Shown here in pieces: positions 28,472 through 37,787 of a stretch of 49,491 nt of DNA. The notes under the pieces were generated by a model. That model was not told the origin of the DNA, ran no database searches, and saw nothing but the letters and a program-made list of their open reading frames with translations. The stretch is from Candidatus Dormiibacterota bacterium. GTDB lineage: Bacteria; Chloroflexota; Dormibacteria; Aeolococcales; Bog-877. How positions within the stretch are numbered: the first letter of the stretch is position 1; each line of letters opens with the position of its first letter. The DNA is taken from contig JABEUU010000169.1 of NCBI GenBank assembly GCA_013044295.1, forward strand, positions 1 through 49,491. The letters are read 5' to 3'. The position numbers were made by a program, and so were the translations under genes.

Positions 28472-29440
28472 TCAGTTTGGCCCCGGATTCTGGGCGCGAG
28501 CCTTACCTTGATCGAGCAGGCTAAAGGGCCAGTGCTTGGGGCGCTTCAGGTAGCCGATGTTGGCGCCGAGGGACTGTGGCTCGAAGCCGAAGTTGGCGAC
28601 CACCGAGTCTGCGGTGGTCACGTTGGGCTTGACCAGCATGTCCAGCTGCTGGGGGGTCACCAGGGGGTTGGGCATGAGCTTGTCCATCAGGATGGCTCCG
28701 GGTCTGATCAGGCGAGGGTCGAGGTGAACCGGCTTGCGCCGAGCGATCCCGAACCACTCCTTGCCGGTCGCCGCAGCGATGGCCAGGGTGATCTGCTCCA
28801 AGGTGAGCTGCTCTGGCCCTCCGATCTCGTAGACATGGCCGGCTCGCTGGGGCTCGATTACTGCCGAGCGCAGGCAACGAGCCACATCGTCAGCCGCGAT
28901 CGGCTGAAAGACCGCGGTGCCGTCCCCGGGGATGACCAGGAAGGGTGCTGGCAGGCTGATCGCCTTGGCCAGCGTGGTGAAGAAACCGTCTCCCGGCCCG
29001 AAGATCACCGAGGAGCGCAGGATCACCCAGTCGAGGCCGCTGTCCCGCACCGACTGTTCGCCCTGCCACTTGCTGAACAGGTATGGGAAGGTGGGGTCGG
29101 GACCGGCCCCGATCGCGGACAGTTGGACTAGCCGCGGCACCCCGGCCTGCTGGGCGGCCTTGACCACATGGGCGGTGCCTTGGCTGTTGACGGAGGCGAA
29201 AGTCTGGACCCCCTTGGCACGGATTATCGCCACCAGGTTGACCACTGCGTCGGCGTCGTGGAAGGCCTCTTCCAGGCCCTCGCCGGTGACCACGTCCCCG
29301 AAGGTGACCGAGAGCCCGGGCTGCTGGGTGACCGGGCGCGCGCCCCGCCCGATCACCCGGATCTCGTGTCCAGACTCCAGTAGCAGGGGCACCAGATGCG
29401 AGCCGACAAAGCCGGAGCCGCCGGTGATCGCTACTCGCAT
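28472..29440 (-). CDS. NAD(P)-dependent atypical SDR (NDUFA9-like epimerase family)
   Basis: ITGGSGFVG, VVNLVAII, YLFSKWQGE, SVIFGPGD, FQPIAADDVA, YEIGGPE; GGAGG RBS. Confidence 0.85.
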   Translation of the reverse strand: MRVAITGGSGFVGSHLVPLLLESGHEIRVIGRGARPVTQQPGLSVTFGDVVTGEGLEEAFHDADAVVNLVAIIRAKGVQTFASVNSQGTAHVVKAAQQAGVPRLVQLSAIGAGPDPTFPYLFSKWQGEQSVRDSGLDWVILRSSVIFGPGDGFFTTLAKAISLPAPFLVIPGDGTAVFQPIAADDVARCLRSAVIEPQRAGHVYEIGGPEQLTLEQITLAIAAATGKEWFGIARRKPVHLDPRLIRPGAILMDKLMPNPLVTPQQLDMLVKPNVTTADSVVANFGFEPQSLGANIGYLKRPKHWPFSLLDQGKARAQNPGPN

Positions 29441-29474
29441 GGTTCGCCTCCTGAGACGGGGTTGCTGGCCGTGG

Positions 29475-29819
29475 TCAGCGCTTGGGGCTGCGACGCTTGG
29501 GGGTCGCCTTGCCTGCCACCGAGCTCTTGAGTGCGCTGGCCGGATAGAAGCGGACCTTCTGAGAAGCGGGCACCCGTACCATCTCTTGAGTCTGGGGGTT
29601 GCGGCGCATTCCCGCTGCCGTCGGGCGGACCTTCCAACGGCCGAAACCGGCGATCGCGACCTCTTCGCCCGCCTCCAGGCGCTGGCCGATCAGGTCGAAG
29701 ATCAGCTTGAGGGTGTCATCGGCCATGGCGAAGTTCGGGAAGACGGGCTCGCCGGTGCCGTCCTCATATTGCACGACCACCTTGCTTTGTAGGGTTTTGG
29801 CCAACTCGCGACGATTCAT
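29475..29819 (-). CDS. HU/IHF family DNA-binding protein
   Basis: MNRRELAK..., EEVAIAGFGRW, RRNPQTQE, VRFYPASALK, basic tail; GGAGG RBS before ATG 29819. Confidence 0.88.
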   Translation of the reverse strand: MNRRELAKTLQSKVVVQYEDGTGEPVFPNFAMADDTLKLIFDLIGQRLEAGEEVAIAGFGRWKVRPTAAGMRRNPQTQEMVRVPASQKVRFYPASALKSSVAGKATPKRRSPKR

Positions 29820-30008
29820 GGACAAGCCTCCCGGTACTGCGGAGGTCAACGTTCCCCGCTTCATGTAAGGGATTTTAGGCAGATGAGGGGCCTGAGCGCA
29901 GCTCCGGAAGGGAACCCGGGGCGGTCCGAGCCGCTCGTTGCCGGCGCCTGGTCGGGTCCGTCGCATCGGGGTGGGTCGGCAGGTTTGGATAGCCAAGGTA
30001 GCATTCAG

Positions 30009-30037
30009 TTGATAATACGAACGCGTGTTTGTATAAT
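30009..30037 (+). promoter_or_regulatory. Sigma70/A-type promoter containing a LexA (SOS) box, upstream of imuA
   Basis: TTGATA (30009-14), 17 bp, TATAAT (30032-37); CGAAC-GCGT-GTTTG (30018-31) fits the Gram-positive GAAC-N4-GTTY LexA box. Confidence 0.85.
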
Positions 30038-30057
30038 CAGGAGGCATCTCGCCCTGC

Positions 30058-30900
30058 TTGGCATTTCGGGTGAGGCTCGTCAGTCGAGGATTGAGTTTGT
30101 CTGTGGGGCGCGATCGGGATGAGGTGCCGGCTGACCCCTCGGGGACACTGCGGCTTGCCCTCCAGGCACTAGATCGCAGGTACGGCAGAAGTGTGCTCCG
30201 CAGTGCCGCTGGGTTCGGGTTGACGGGCATGGAGACGGGGGTGGCCGCTCTTGACGCGCTGATTCCCTGCGGAGGGCTGCCACGGGGTCGGCTGAGCTGG
30301 TTCTCCGGGGTGCCTGGAGAGGGCGCTTTTGAACTCAGCCTGGCACTGCTGGGACGGATCTCAAACACCTCGCCGGTGGTGGTGGTGGATTTTGATCAGC
30401 TGCTGGACCCTGGGAACATCCAGGACTATGGCGGTGATCTGGACAGCTGCTGGGTGGTTCGCCCCCGTCTGGCTGCGACTGGTTGGGCGGCCGCTCGCTC
30501 CCTGATCCGCGCCGGGGCCGAGTGCTGCTTGCTGCTGGCGCGAGAGTGGCGGCAGGTCGACCGGTCGGCTGCAGCCGCATTGCTGGCTGCTGTCGAAGAG
30601 CGCAACTCGGTGGCCATGCTGGGGGGTGGGGTGGCCATCTCCCAGGAGCTCTCGGGTCGGGTTGGGGTCGAGCTTGCATGTCGGCGGCTGGGGTGGGCCA
30701 CTACTCACCGGGACATCTCCGGCATCCATATGCTGGTGCGGGTCGCCCGCAGCCGGCTTGGCCCGCCCGGCCGCAGTTGCCAACTGCGGATCAACTTTCC
30801 CCGTGTATATGCGGTGGCCGGGGTCCTGGCGCCACCTGTGACTGGCGCTGATACCGGGGCGCTGCCGGCTGGCGAAGCGGTGCGGGCGGTGCGGATGTGA
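30058..30900 (+). CDS. imuA: ImuA/ImuA'-like RecA-fold mutasome accessory protein
   Basis: TGVAALDALIPCGGLPRGRL with degenerate Walker A (GVPGEGAF), GGDLDSCWVVRP; SOS box upstream, imuB downstream; true start may be 30097 or 30103. Confidence 0.75.
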   Translation: MAFRVRLVSRGLSLSVGRDRDEVPADPSGTLRLALQALDRRYGRSVLRSAAGFGLTGMETGVAALDALIPCGGLPRGRLSWFSGVPGEGAFELSLALLGRISNTSPVVVVDFDQLLDPGNIQDYGGDLDSCWVVRPRLAATGWAAARSLIRAGAECCLLLAREWRQVDRSAAAALLAAVEERNSVAMLGGGVAISQELSGRVGVELACRRLGWATTHRDISGIHMLVRVARSRLGPPGRSCQLRINFPRVYAVAGVLAPPVTGADTGALPAGEAVRAVRM

Positions 30901-32129
30901 GCCGTGGAAGAGCGCGTCGGTTGGCCTGCGTCAGATTTCCTCATCTGGCTCTGGTGCTGGCCTGGCGAGCTCATCCCGAGCTTGCCCAGGAGGCGGTGCT
31001 GGTGGGCTCAAGGGATCGCGGAGGGCGGATGGTCGTGCTGGCCGCATCTTCGGCGGCGATTGACGTTCACCCGGGGCAGGATTGGCGTCAGGCTGAGCTC
31101 GCCTGCCCCAAGGCAGTCCAGCTGCAGGCGGATCCGGCCGAGGTGGAGAGGCTGCGCCGGCAGCTGAGGCTGGCCCTGTACAACTGCAGCCCCCTGGTGG
31201 AGTTGACCGACGACACCATGGCTTACCTTGACCTCAGCGACCTGGATGCCCGCTGGGACACTGAGGCCGCCCGCGCCTCTTACCTGGGCCGGGCGGTTCA
31301 GCAAGCGCTGGGGCTGGCCCCGGCCCTGGGAGTTGGTCAGTCGCGTTTCTTGGCCCTGGCCGCCGCCCGGATCGCTGGCCCGGGTAGGGCGCGATTGGTG
31401 CCGCCGGGTGGGGCAGCCGAATTCCTCGCCGATTGGCCAGTGGTGGAGTTGCCGCTTCCAGTAGAGACTGTCGAGCGGCTGCTCAGCTTTGGACTGCGCA
31501 CTTGCGGCGACTGCCTCGCGATCGCCCTACCTGACCTGCAACGCCAGCTGGGCCCGGATGGGCTGCTGGTCCATCGGCTGTGTCGAGGGCTGGATCAGGC
31601 CGCGATCAATCCCTGGCGGAGCCCGCCTCCATGCGGGGTGAGGCGGGTCCTGGCTGGGGTTGTGGAGGACACCGAGTCCCTGCGCTTCGGTGCCTCCGAA
31701 CTGGCCGCTGGGCTGAGCCTGGAACTGGCCCGTCAGGAGCAGGCGGCCACCCGATTGCGGCTGGTACTGCGCGAGGAGGACGCTCAGGACGGGGCCGTGA
31801 TGGCAGGTCAGCCAGGTGTCTTTTGGGAGGAGATCACACCACCGACACCGGTGGCCACCGCCGCGGAACTGCTGCCCCAGATTCTCAGCCTGCTCTCGCG
31901 AGCCCGCTGCCGGGTGCTGGTGATCGAGCTGCACGCGCTTGATCTGGTGGATCCTCCGGCGACGCAGGCGATGCTGTGGCCAGGTGGCCGAGCGCGGCAG
32001 GAGGAGATTGGGCAGGCGGCGGCCCGGCTGCAGGAACGGTTTGGGGAGTCGGTGGTCTGGCGGGTGGCGGTGAAGCCCGGCCATCCCGGCGACATCCCCG
32101 AGGAGCGGTTGGCATGGAGCCCAGCGTGA
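30897..32129 (+). CDS. imuB: ImuB-like inactive Y-family polymerase
   Basis: Y-family architecture (QAELACP, SPLVE..MAYLDL, GVGQSRFLALAAA, FLADWPV, GLRTCGD) without the catalytic acidic residues; clamp-motif-like QAMLW. Confidence 0.78.
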   Translation: MSRGRARRLACVRFPHLALVLAWRAHPELAQEAVLVGSRDRGGRMVVLAASSAAIDVHPGQDWRQAELACPKAVQLQADPAEVERLRRQLRLALYNCSPLVELTDDTMAYLDLSDLDARWDTEAARASYLGRAVQQALGLAPALGVGQSRFLALAAARIAGPGRARLVPPGGAAEFLADWPVVELPLPVETVERLLSFGLRTCGDCLAIALPDLQRQLGPDGLLVHRLCRGLDQAAINPWRSPPPCGVRRVLAGVVEDTESLRFGASELAAGLSLELARQEQAATRLRLVLREEDAQDGAVMAGQPGVFWEEITPPTPVATAAELLPQILSLLSRARCRVLVIELHALDLVDPPATQAMLWPGGRARQEEIGQAAARLQERFGESVVWRVAVKPGHPGDIPEERLAWSPA

Positions 32130-32371
32130 GGGCCAAGGTAAGGGTCCTCGCCAACGCGCCGAACCTGCAGCCGGCGGCGGTTGACCTCGGCCCGGGCTGG
32201 GTCAGGGTGGCAGAGGTGGTGGACCGGTGGGTGGTTGAGGTCGGCTGGTGGCGAGTCCCACCCAGCCGGTGGCAGCGGCGCGCCTACTGGAGGGTGCTGC
32301 TGGTCGACGGTAGCTGCCTGGACGTCTACCGGACCGAATCTGGCTGGGAGCTCGCCCGGCAGTGGGGGTGA
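32114..32371 (+). CDS. Small Trp-rich protein associated with mutasome cassettes (DUF6504-like)
   Basis: AGGAG RBS, ATG 32114; VAEVVDRW...WW....R.YWRV....G....VYR...GWEL pattern; overlaps the imuB end. Confidence 0.7.
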   Translation: MEPSVRAKVRVLANAPNLQPAAVDLGPGWVRVAEVVDRWVVEVGWWRVPPSRWQRRAYWRVLLVDGSCLDVYRTESGWELARQWG

Positions 32372-32451
32372 TCGGCGAGCTTGAGTGGCCCTGGGCGGGA
32401 CGATCAAAGCTTCGCCAGGACCTTGGCGAGCGCATCTGCTAGCGTGAGATC

Positions 32452-34467
32452 ATGCCTCGCAAATTCTCCACGTCCCCATCCAGCAATTCTGCGGGTGGCC
32501 CGGGCAGTCCGGCCGGAGGCTCGGGAGCACCCCCGCGCAAGCCATCACCTTGGCGCTCGACCCAGTTCCTGCTGCCGTTGGGGATCTTTCTGGCCCTCAA
32601 CCTGCTGGTGGCGAATGTGCTCTTCCCGCCCTCCTCACCCAAGACGATCAGCCTGCCCTACAACGTTTTCATAGCCAACCTGAAGGCTGGCGATGTGACC
32701 AGCATCACCAGCACCGGCAACGCCATTCAGGGGACCTTCCGGCACCCGACCGCCGCTTCCGCCAAGAGTTCCAACAAGGCCCTGCACTTCACCACCCAAA
32801 TGCCGACCTTCGCCGGCGGACAGCTGGAGACGCTGCTCGAGCAGCACAACGTCACCATCAACGCCCAGGTGCAGTCGACGCCTGCCCTGCTGGAGCTGCT
32901 CTACAGCTTCGGACCCACGCTGCTCTTCCTGCTCATTTTCATCTGGTTCATACGCCGCACGGCTTCCTCAGCCAACGGCGGCCTCTTCAGCCTGGGCCGT
33001 TCCCAGGCCCGGCTCTACGACCCGGAGCGTCCGTCGGCCACCTTCACGGATGTGGCGGGGATCGAGGAGGCCAAGGCGGAGCTGGAGGAGATCGTGGATT
33101 TCCTGCGCCAACCGGCCAAATACGAGCGCCTGGGAGGCGAGGTACCCAAGGGCGTCTTGCTGGTGGGCCTGCCGGGGACCGGCAAGACCCTGCTCGCTCG
33201 CGCCGTGGCCGGGGAGGCGGGAGTTCCATTCTTCAGCATCTCTGCCTCGGAGTTCATTGAGATGGTGGTGGGGGTCGGGGCTTCCCGGGTCCGCGACCTT
33301 TTCGCCAAGGCCAAGGCGGCCGCCCCGGCGATCATCTTCGTCGACGAGCTGGACGCGATCGGGCGCAGCCGTAGCGTCGGCCCCAGCTTCGGCGGCCACG
33401 ACGAGCGCGAACAGACGCTGAACCAGATCCTGACCGAGATGGACGGCTTCGACTCTCGCCAGGGGGTCATCGTGCTGGCGGCCACCAACCGAGCCGATGT
33501 GCTCGACTCAGCTCTGCTCCGGCCGGGCCGCTTCGACCGGCGGGTCATGGTTTTGCCCCCAGACCGGGTCGGGCGGGCCGCCATCCTCAAAATCCACACC
33601 CGGGGGGTTCCCCTGGGAGACGACGTCGACCTCAACAATCTCGCCTCCCAGACCCCCGGCCTGGTGGGGGCCGAGCTGCGCAACCTGGTCAATGAGGCGG
33701 CCCTGCTGGCGGCGCGCAAGGGCCGTCCCGCGGTGACCATGGCCGACTTCACTGAGTCCCTGGAGAAGGTGCTCTTGGGGGCCGCGCGGCAGATCGTGCT
33801 CTCGGCCGACGACCGCGAACGCACCGCCTACCACGAGAGCGGACACGCCCTGCTGGGGCTGCTGGTGCCCGAGGCTGACCCCGTACGGCGGGTCTCGATC
33901 GTGCCTCGGGGGCGGGCCTTGGGGGTCACCGTACAGTCCCCGGTCGATGACCGCCAGAACTATCCCGAGAGCTACCTGCGGGCTCGCATCGTGGGCGCTC
34001 TGGGCGGTCGAGCGGCCGAGAAGCTGATCTACGACGTGGTCACCACCGGGGCCGAGAGCGACCTCCAGCAGGTGACCAGCATCGCCCGCCAGATGGTGGT
34101 CCGGTGGGGGATGAGTCCCAAGATCGGGCCGCTCAACCTGTCCGAGGATCCCTCCGACCAGAGCTCCATGATGATGTCCCAGCACTCCTACAGCGAGGCG
34201 ACGGCCCAGGTCATCGACGCCGAGGTGCGGCGGATCGTGGAGGAATGCTTTGAAAAGGCGCTGATGCTTTTGGACGAGAACCGCGAAAAGCTGGTGGCGC
34301 TCACTGGCGCCCTCCTCAAGGAGGAGTCGCTCAATGAGGAGCAGATCCTCCAGGTGACCGGCTTGGCCGCCAAGCCCAAGGCGCTGCCTCCGCCGATCCG
34401 AGGCATCGACGGCCGGGTTGCCGCCGGCGAACCCGAGCCCGCGGTCCCCAGTGCCGGCGCAGGCTGA
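32452..34467 (+). CDS. ftsH: ATP-dependent zinc metalloprotease FtsH
   Basis: Two TM segments, [54 protein letters not shown]. Confidence 0.96.
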   Translation: MPRKFSTSPSSNSAGGPGSPAGGSGAPPRKPSPWRSTQFLLPLGIFLALNLLVANVLFPPSSPKTISLPYNVFIANLKAGDVTSITSTGNAIQGTFRHPTAASAKSSNKALHFTTQMPTFAGGQLETLLEQHNVTINAQVQSTPALLELLYSFGPTLLFLLIFIWFIRRTASSANGGLFSLGRSQARLYDPERPSATFTDVAGIEEAKAELEEIVDFLRQPAKYERLGGEVPKGVLLVGLPGTGKTLLARAVAGEAGVPFFSISASEFIEMVVGVGASRVRDLFAKAKAAAPAIIFVDELDAIGRSRSVGPSFGGHDEREQTLNQILTEMDGFDSRQGVIVLAATNRADVLDSALLRPGRFDRRVMVLPPDRVGRAAILKIHTRGVPLGDDVDLNNLASQTPGLVGAELRNLVNEAALLAARKGRPAVTMADFTESLEKVLLGAARQIVLSADDRERTAYHESGHALLGLLVPEADPVRRVSIVPRGRALGVTVQSPVDDRQNYPESYLRARIVGALGGRAAEKLIYDVVTTGAESDLQQVTSIARQMVVRWGMSPKIGPLNLSEDPSDQSSMMMSQHSYSEATAQVIDAEVRRIVEECFEKALMLLDENREKLVALTGALLKEESLNEEQILQVTGLAAKPKALPPPIRGIDGRVAAGEPEPAVPSAGAG

Positions 34468-34494
34468 CGCAAACCCCGGGGCGACGCCAGTTTG

Positions 34495-34720
34495 TCATGG
34501 GCCCGCAGCGACCTGGTGCGGGTAGCACTGGGTGACGGCTAACGCGTCGGGCTGAGGCGCGTAGCCAGTCCATCTCGCGCACACCGTGGTGGCGGTGGGG
34601 ATCACGCCCGCGACGCCGGGGGCCCGATCGCCGCCAGCAGCGCGACCACGAGTACGGTGGCGGCAGGGCCAGCACTGCGGGCCCGGAGATGCCGCGCCAC
34701 CCGGGCAGCTTAGCAACCAC
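34495..34720 (-). pseudogene. Possible doubly frameshifted small secreted/membrane protein
   Basis: Adding one G at ~34664 and one at ~34624 (both in G runs on the - strand) gives a 75-aa ORF with a long hydrophobic N-terminal segment and two Cys. Confidence 0.3.
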
Positions 34721-34865
34721 GCGCCCAATCCGCGACGCTGCTTGAGTTGGTCGTGGGCGCAAGGCCCCCCGTCCTGTTTGGCCCTCCTACGACGTGACTA
34801 CCCGCCCGCCTGCGGGCCGCCTGGTTGGGGAGCACCCGATCGGGTGCTCCCCAACTGCGTTGAGG

Positions 34866-37196
34866 TCAGGCGGAAGGAGTGGCGCGGGGCCGAGTGGCGA
34901 TAGCGAACCCGATCAGGGTCAGTCCCGCCATTACCAGGATCAGGGTGAGGAGCAGATCCAGATGCGCCCCGGTCCCAGGGGTCGACGTGGTCGACGCTCC
35001 CAGGACGCCTCCCGAGGGCTTGGTGGTGGAGGCGCCTTTGACGTTACCGTTCGGGACTGGTGCGGTGGTAGTAACTGTCGAGGTGCAACTCGTGCCCGAG
35101 CAACCGCCGGGGGCGCCGGGAGTGGCGGTCACCGTGTTGTTGAGAGTCTCAACTCCGTTCACTACGTTCGAGGTTGTTCCTGGCGACAGGATGGTGGCCG
35201 TGTAGGTGACGGTGTAGGTGCTCCCTGCGGGGATCGAGTTGTAAGTCCATGTGTAGTTGCCCGGGCCGGTGTTGGTCACCTGAACCCCGGGGTCTCCCAC
35301 GAAGGAATCGGCGGTGTGGTCGCTGCCGTCGTTCACCTGGAAGCTCGCGCTGCCGCCCATCTGGTCGGTCATGACCACGTTGTTGGCGGCGGCCTGGCCG
35401 ACATTGCTGACGGTGATGTGGTAGGTGAGGGTCTGGCCGATCGTCGCCGTGTTGGTGCTCACCGACTTGGTGACCACCAGATCGGGACCGGACGGGGAGG
35501 AGACGGGAAGTGTGATGACGGTGGACGAGGCGGCCGCGGACGCCGTCTTGTTGTTGGCGTCAGTGACACCGACCTGGACCGTGTCGGTCAGGGCGGAGCC
35601 GGCCGCGGGCGCGTAGCTGGGAATGGTGAAGGCGCAGGTGACCTGACCTCCAGGGTCGAGCACGGAGCCCAGCAGGTCGTTGCCAGCGGTCGTTCCGCCG
35701 GAGCATACCTGCATGGTGGTGCCATTGAAGCTGTCGCTGATCGAGGTGATCGTCTCGCTCTCGGAGCTGGTGTTCGTGATCAGGGCGCGGAAGTCGACTG
35801 TCTCGCCGGGGCCGGTGGCGTACTCGGTCACCCCGAAGCTGCCGTTGGCGTCATTGGTCTTGTATACGGAGACCGCTGGGAGATTGGACACCGATGGGGT
35901 GATGACGGTGGACGAGGCCGCCCCGGAAGCGGTCTTGTTGTTGGCGTCAGTGACGCCAACCTGGACGGTGTCGGTCAGGGAGGAGCCGGCCGCGGGCGCG
36001 TAGCTGCGAATGGTGAAGGCGCAGGTTACCTGACCTCCAGAGGCGAGCACGGTGCCCAGCAGGTCGTTGCCAGTGGTCGTTCCGCCCGAGCATACCTGCA
36101 TGGTGGTGCCATTGAAGCTGTCGCTGATCGAGGTGATCGTCTCGCTCTCGGAGCTGCTGTTGGTGATCAGGGCTTGGAAGTCGACTGTCTCGCCGGGGCC
36201 GGTGGAGTACTCGGTCACCCCGAAGCTGCCGTTGGCGTCATTGGTCTTATACACGCTGACCGCGGGACCGCCGGGAGTGGGGCTCGGAGTGGGGCAGTTG
36301 ACCCAGAAGGTCTTGTGCTTCTGCGGGTCCTGCACGAACTGGAGCTTGAAGTGCAAGCCCTCACCGTTCACCGGCTGGTCGCCGTTGGCGATGGAGGTGG
36401 CGTTGGCCACCAGTTGAGCGGTGGGAATGTAGCTGATCTCCTGGGTGCCGGCGGTTGCGGTGTTGTACCCCCAGTCAGCGACGCCGGGGTTGGACTTGGT
36501 GTAGGGCCACGCCTGATCCTGCTTGTAGCCTGGGTGGTTGTAGTCACCGGTGCCGCTCCCGCTGGGCGACCAACCGTCTATGGTGTAGATCCCCGAGGAG
36601 TCGGCCAGGCCACTACCCCACAGGATGATGTAGGCCGGACAGCCCAGATGCGGGTCCATTTCATGGCCGGGCCCGGCGGTCGACACCGGTGCGCTCGAGG
36701 TGGAGTAGCCGTCCACCCAGACATCCTCTTGGTTGCTGTCGCCCGGGCTGTTGTGGTTGCTCTGGCCACTGCCGGATCCCGATCCGGAGGTGTTGGAATT
36801 GGTGGTGACCTGGGTTCCCGAGGTCGCGCTACCACTTGGAGCGGGCCCGGGTGGGCCGTAGGTTCCCGTCGGGGTGACCTGGCTGCCCTGCCCGGTCGAC
36901 GGGGTGGATGAGCCGGCATTAGTACCCTGGCCGCCCGCGTTATTAGATGTGTTGGAGGTGGTTGCCAGGGCGCTGGGAGAGGTCGAGGTGGATGGTGAGG
37001 TTGACGGAGAGGTTGACGGTCTTCCACCTTGATGGCCGGAGTTGCCCTGGGCGGCTGATGCGGCCGGGGTGCCGCTGGTCGGGCCGTGGCCACCGCCCTG
37101 CGCGGCGAACACGGAGACTGGCGCTGCCAGCAGCAGCACGACCACTCCAGCGTTGGCGAGAATGAAGGACCGCCGACTCAACAGCTTGGCTAACAC
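34866..37196 (-). CDS. Secreted Ser/Thr/Gly-rich surface protein with two tandem beta-rich repeats, a DUF11-like domain and a sortase-like C-terminal anchor
   Basis: Signal peptide (VFA-AQ); DUF11-like DLVVTKSV...TLTYHITVSNVG..AANNVVMTD; C-terminal TPGTG + TM + basic tail; GAGGAG RBS. Confidence 0.85.
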   Translation of the reverse strand: MLAKLLSRRSFILANAGVVVLLLAAPVSVFAAQGGGHGPTSGTPAASAAQGNSGHQGGRPSTSPSTSPSTSTSPSALATTSNTSNNAGGQGTNAGSSTPSTGQGSQVTPTGTYGPPGPAPSGSATSGTQVTTNSNTSGSGSGSGQSNHNSPGDSNQEDVWVDGYSTSSAPVSTAGPGHEMDPHLGCPAYIILWGSGLADSSGIYTIDGWSPSGSGTGDYNHPGYKQDQAWPYTKSNPGVADWGYNTATAGTQEISYIPTAQLVANATSIANGDQPVNGEGLHFKLQFVQDPQKHKTFWVNCPTPSPTPGGPAVSVYKTNDANGSFGVTEYSTGPGETVDFQALITNSSSESETITSISDSFNGTTMQVCSGGTTTGNDLLGTVLASGGQVTCAFTIRSYAPAAGSSLTDTVQVGVTDANNKTASGAASSTVITPSVSNLPAVSVYKTNDANGSFGVTEYATGPGETVDFRALITNTSSESETITSISDSFNGTTMQVCSGGTTAGNDLLGSVLDPGGQVTCAFTIPSYAPAAGSALTDTVQVGVTDANNKTASAAASSTVITLPVSSPSGPDLVVTKSVSTNTATIGQTLTYHITVSNVGQAAANNVVMTDQMGGSASFQVNDGSDHTADSFVGDPGVQVTNTGPGNYTWTYNSIPAGSTYTVTYTATILSPGTTSNVVNGVETLNNTVTATPGAPGGCSGTSCTSTVTTTAPVPNGNVKGASTTKPSGGVLGASTTSTPGTGAHLDLLLTLILVMAGLTLIGFAIATRPRATPSA
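35512..36266. repeat. Intragenic direct repeat, 2 copies of ~368 bp (period 387 bp = 129 aa)
   Basis: 35512-35879 and 35899-36266 encode near-identical PAVSVYKTNDANGSFGVTEY...NNKTAS.AASSTVIT units. Confidence 0.92.
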
Positions 37197-37199
37197 TTG

Positions 37200-37787
37200 T
37201 CACTCCTCACGATATGAAACCGGCTGAAGCCAGTTCGGAATTGCTGAAAGTTTGGATACCGGGCGCGGCGACGTCCTTTGCCGACGGCGGGCGTAGATGA
37301 CTGCCAGTGCCAGCCCATTGAATCCCAGGAATAGGGTCAGGCACATCAGGAACCAGGCCAGTCCGGACCCCGCCCCGGACTGAGGGTTAGGCGCGAGGTT
37401 GGGCTTGCGATTGGAGTGGAAGACGACTGGCATCGGTGCCAGCCCACTGGATACCTGGTTGGCGGCGGTGGCCGGGGGGTGGTTCCGGCTCCAACCGACG
37501 TCAGCCTTGGCGGTCAGGCTCGACGCGCCGGGCAGGGCCGGGCGGGGCGCCGTCCGCGCCATGGTGGCGCTCGTAGCCGAGGCTGGGCTCTGGTGGGAGC
37601 TGGCGGCGGCGCCAGCCAGCCGGGTCCCTGCCCCCGCGAGCGTGATCAGAAGGAGCGGCGCGACGGCAGCCACCAGCGGCCGGCGCGAGCCGAGCCTTGT
37701 GGCGGTGACGACGTGCCGAGGGGCCGGCCGGGTTTGGCCAAAACGGCGCCAGCCCGACGCCAGCCCGCGGCTGCTCAGACGATCCAA
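37200..37787 (-). CDS. Hypothetical exported protein with C-terminal TM anchor (NPQSG + TM + RRRQR)
   Basis: TTG at 37787 after a GGAGAG RBS (ORF open to 37919); N-terminal hydrophobic segment, Ala/Ser/Pro-rich middle; stops 3 nt before the next gene. Confidence 0.55.
   Translation of the reverse strand: MDRLSSRGLASGWRRFGQTRPAPRHVVTATRLGSRRPLVAAVAPLLLITLAGAGTRLAGAAASSHQSPASATSATMARTAPRPALPGASSLTAKADVGWSRNHPPATAANQVSSGLAPMPVVFHSNRKPNLAPNPQSGAGSGLAWFLMCLTLFLGFNGLALAVIYARRRQRTSPRPVSKLSAIPNWLQPVSYREE

Noticed and set aside
30897-32129. Active DNA polymerase IV (dinB)
   Set aside because: Catalytic D..FY and SxDE motifs are absent; position after imuA indicates ImuB
35512-36266. CRISPR array or IS-related repeat
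   Set aside because: Only two long in-frame copies inside a CDS; no spacers, cas genes or transposase
34794-36911. 705-aa + strand ORF
   Set aside because: Antisense shadow of the surface-protein gene; no motifs
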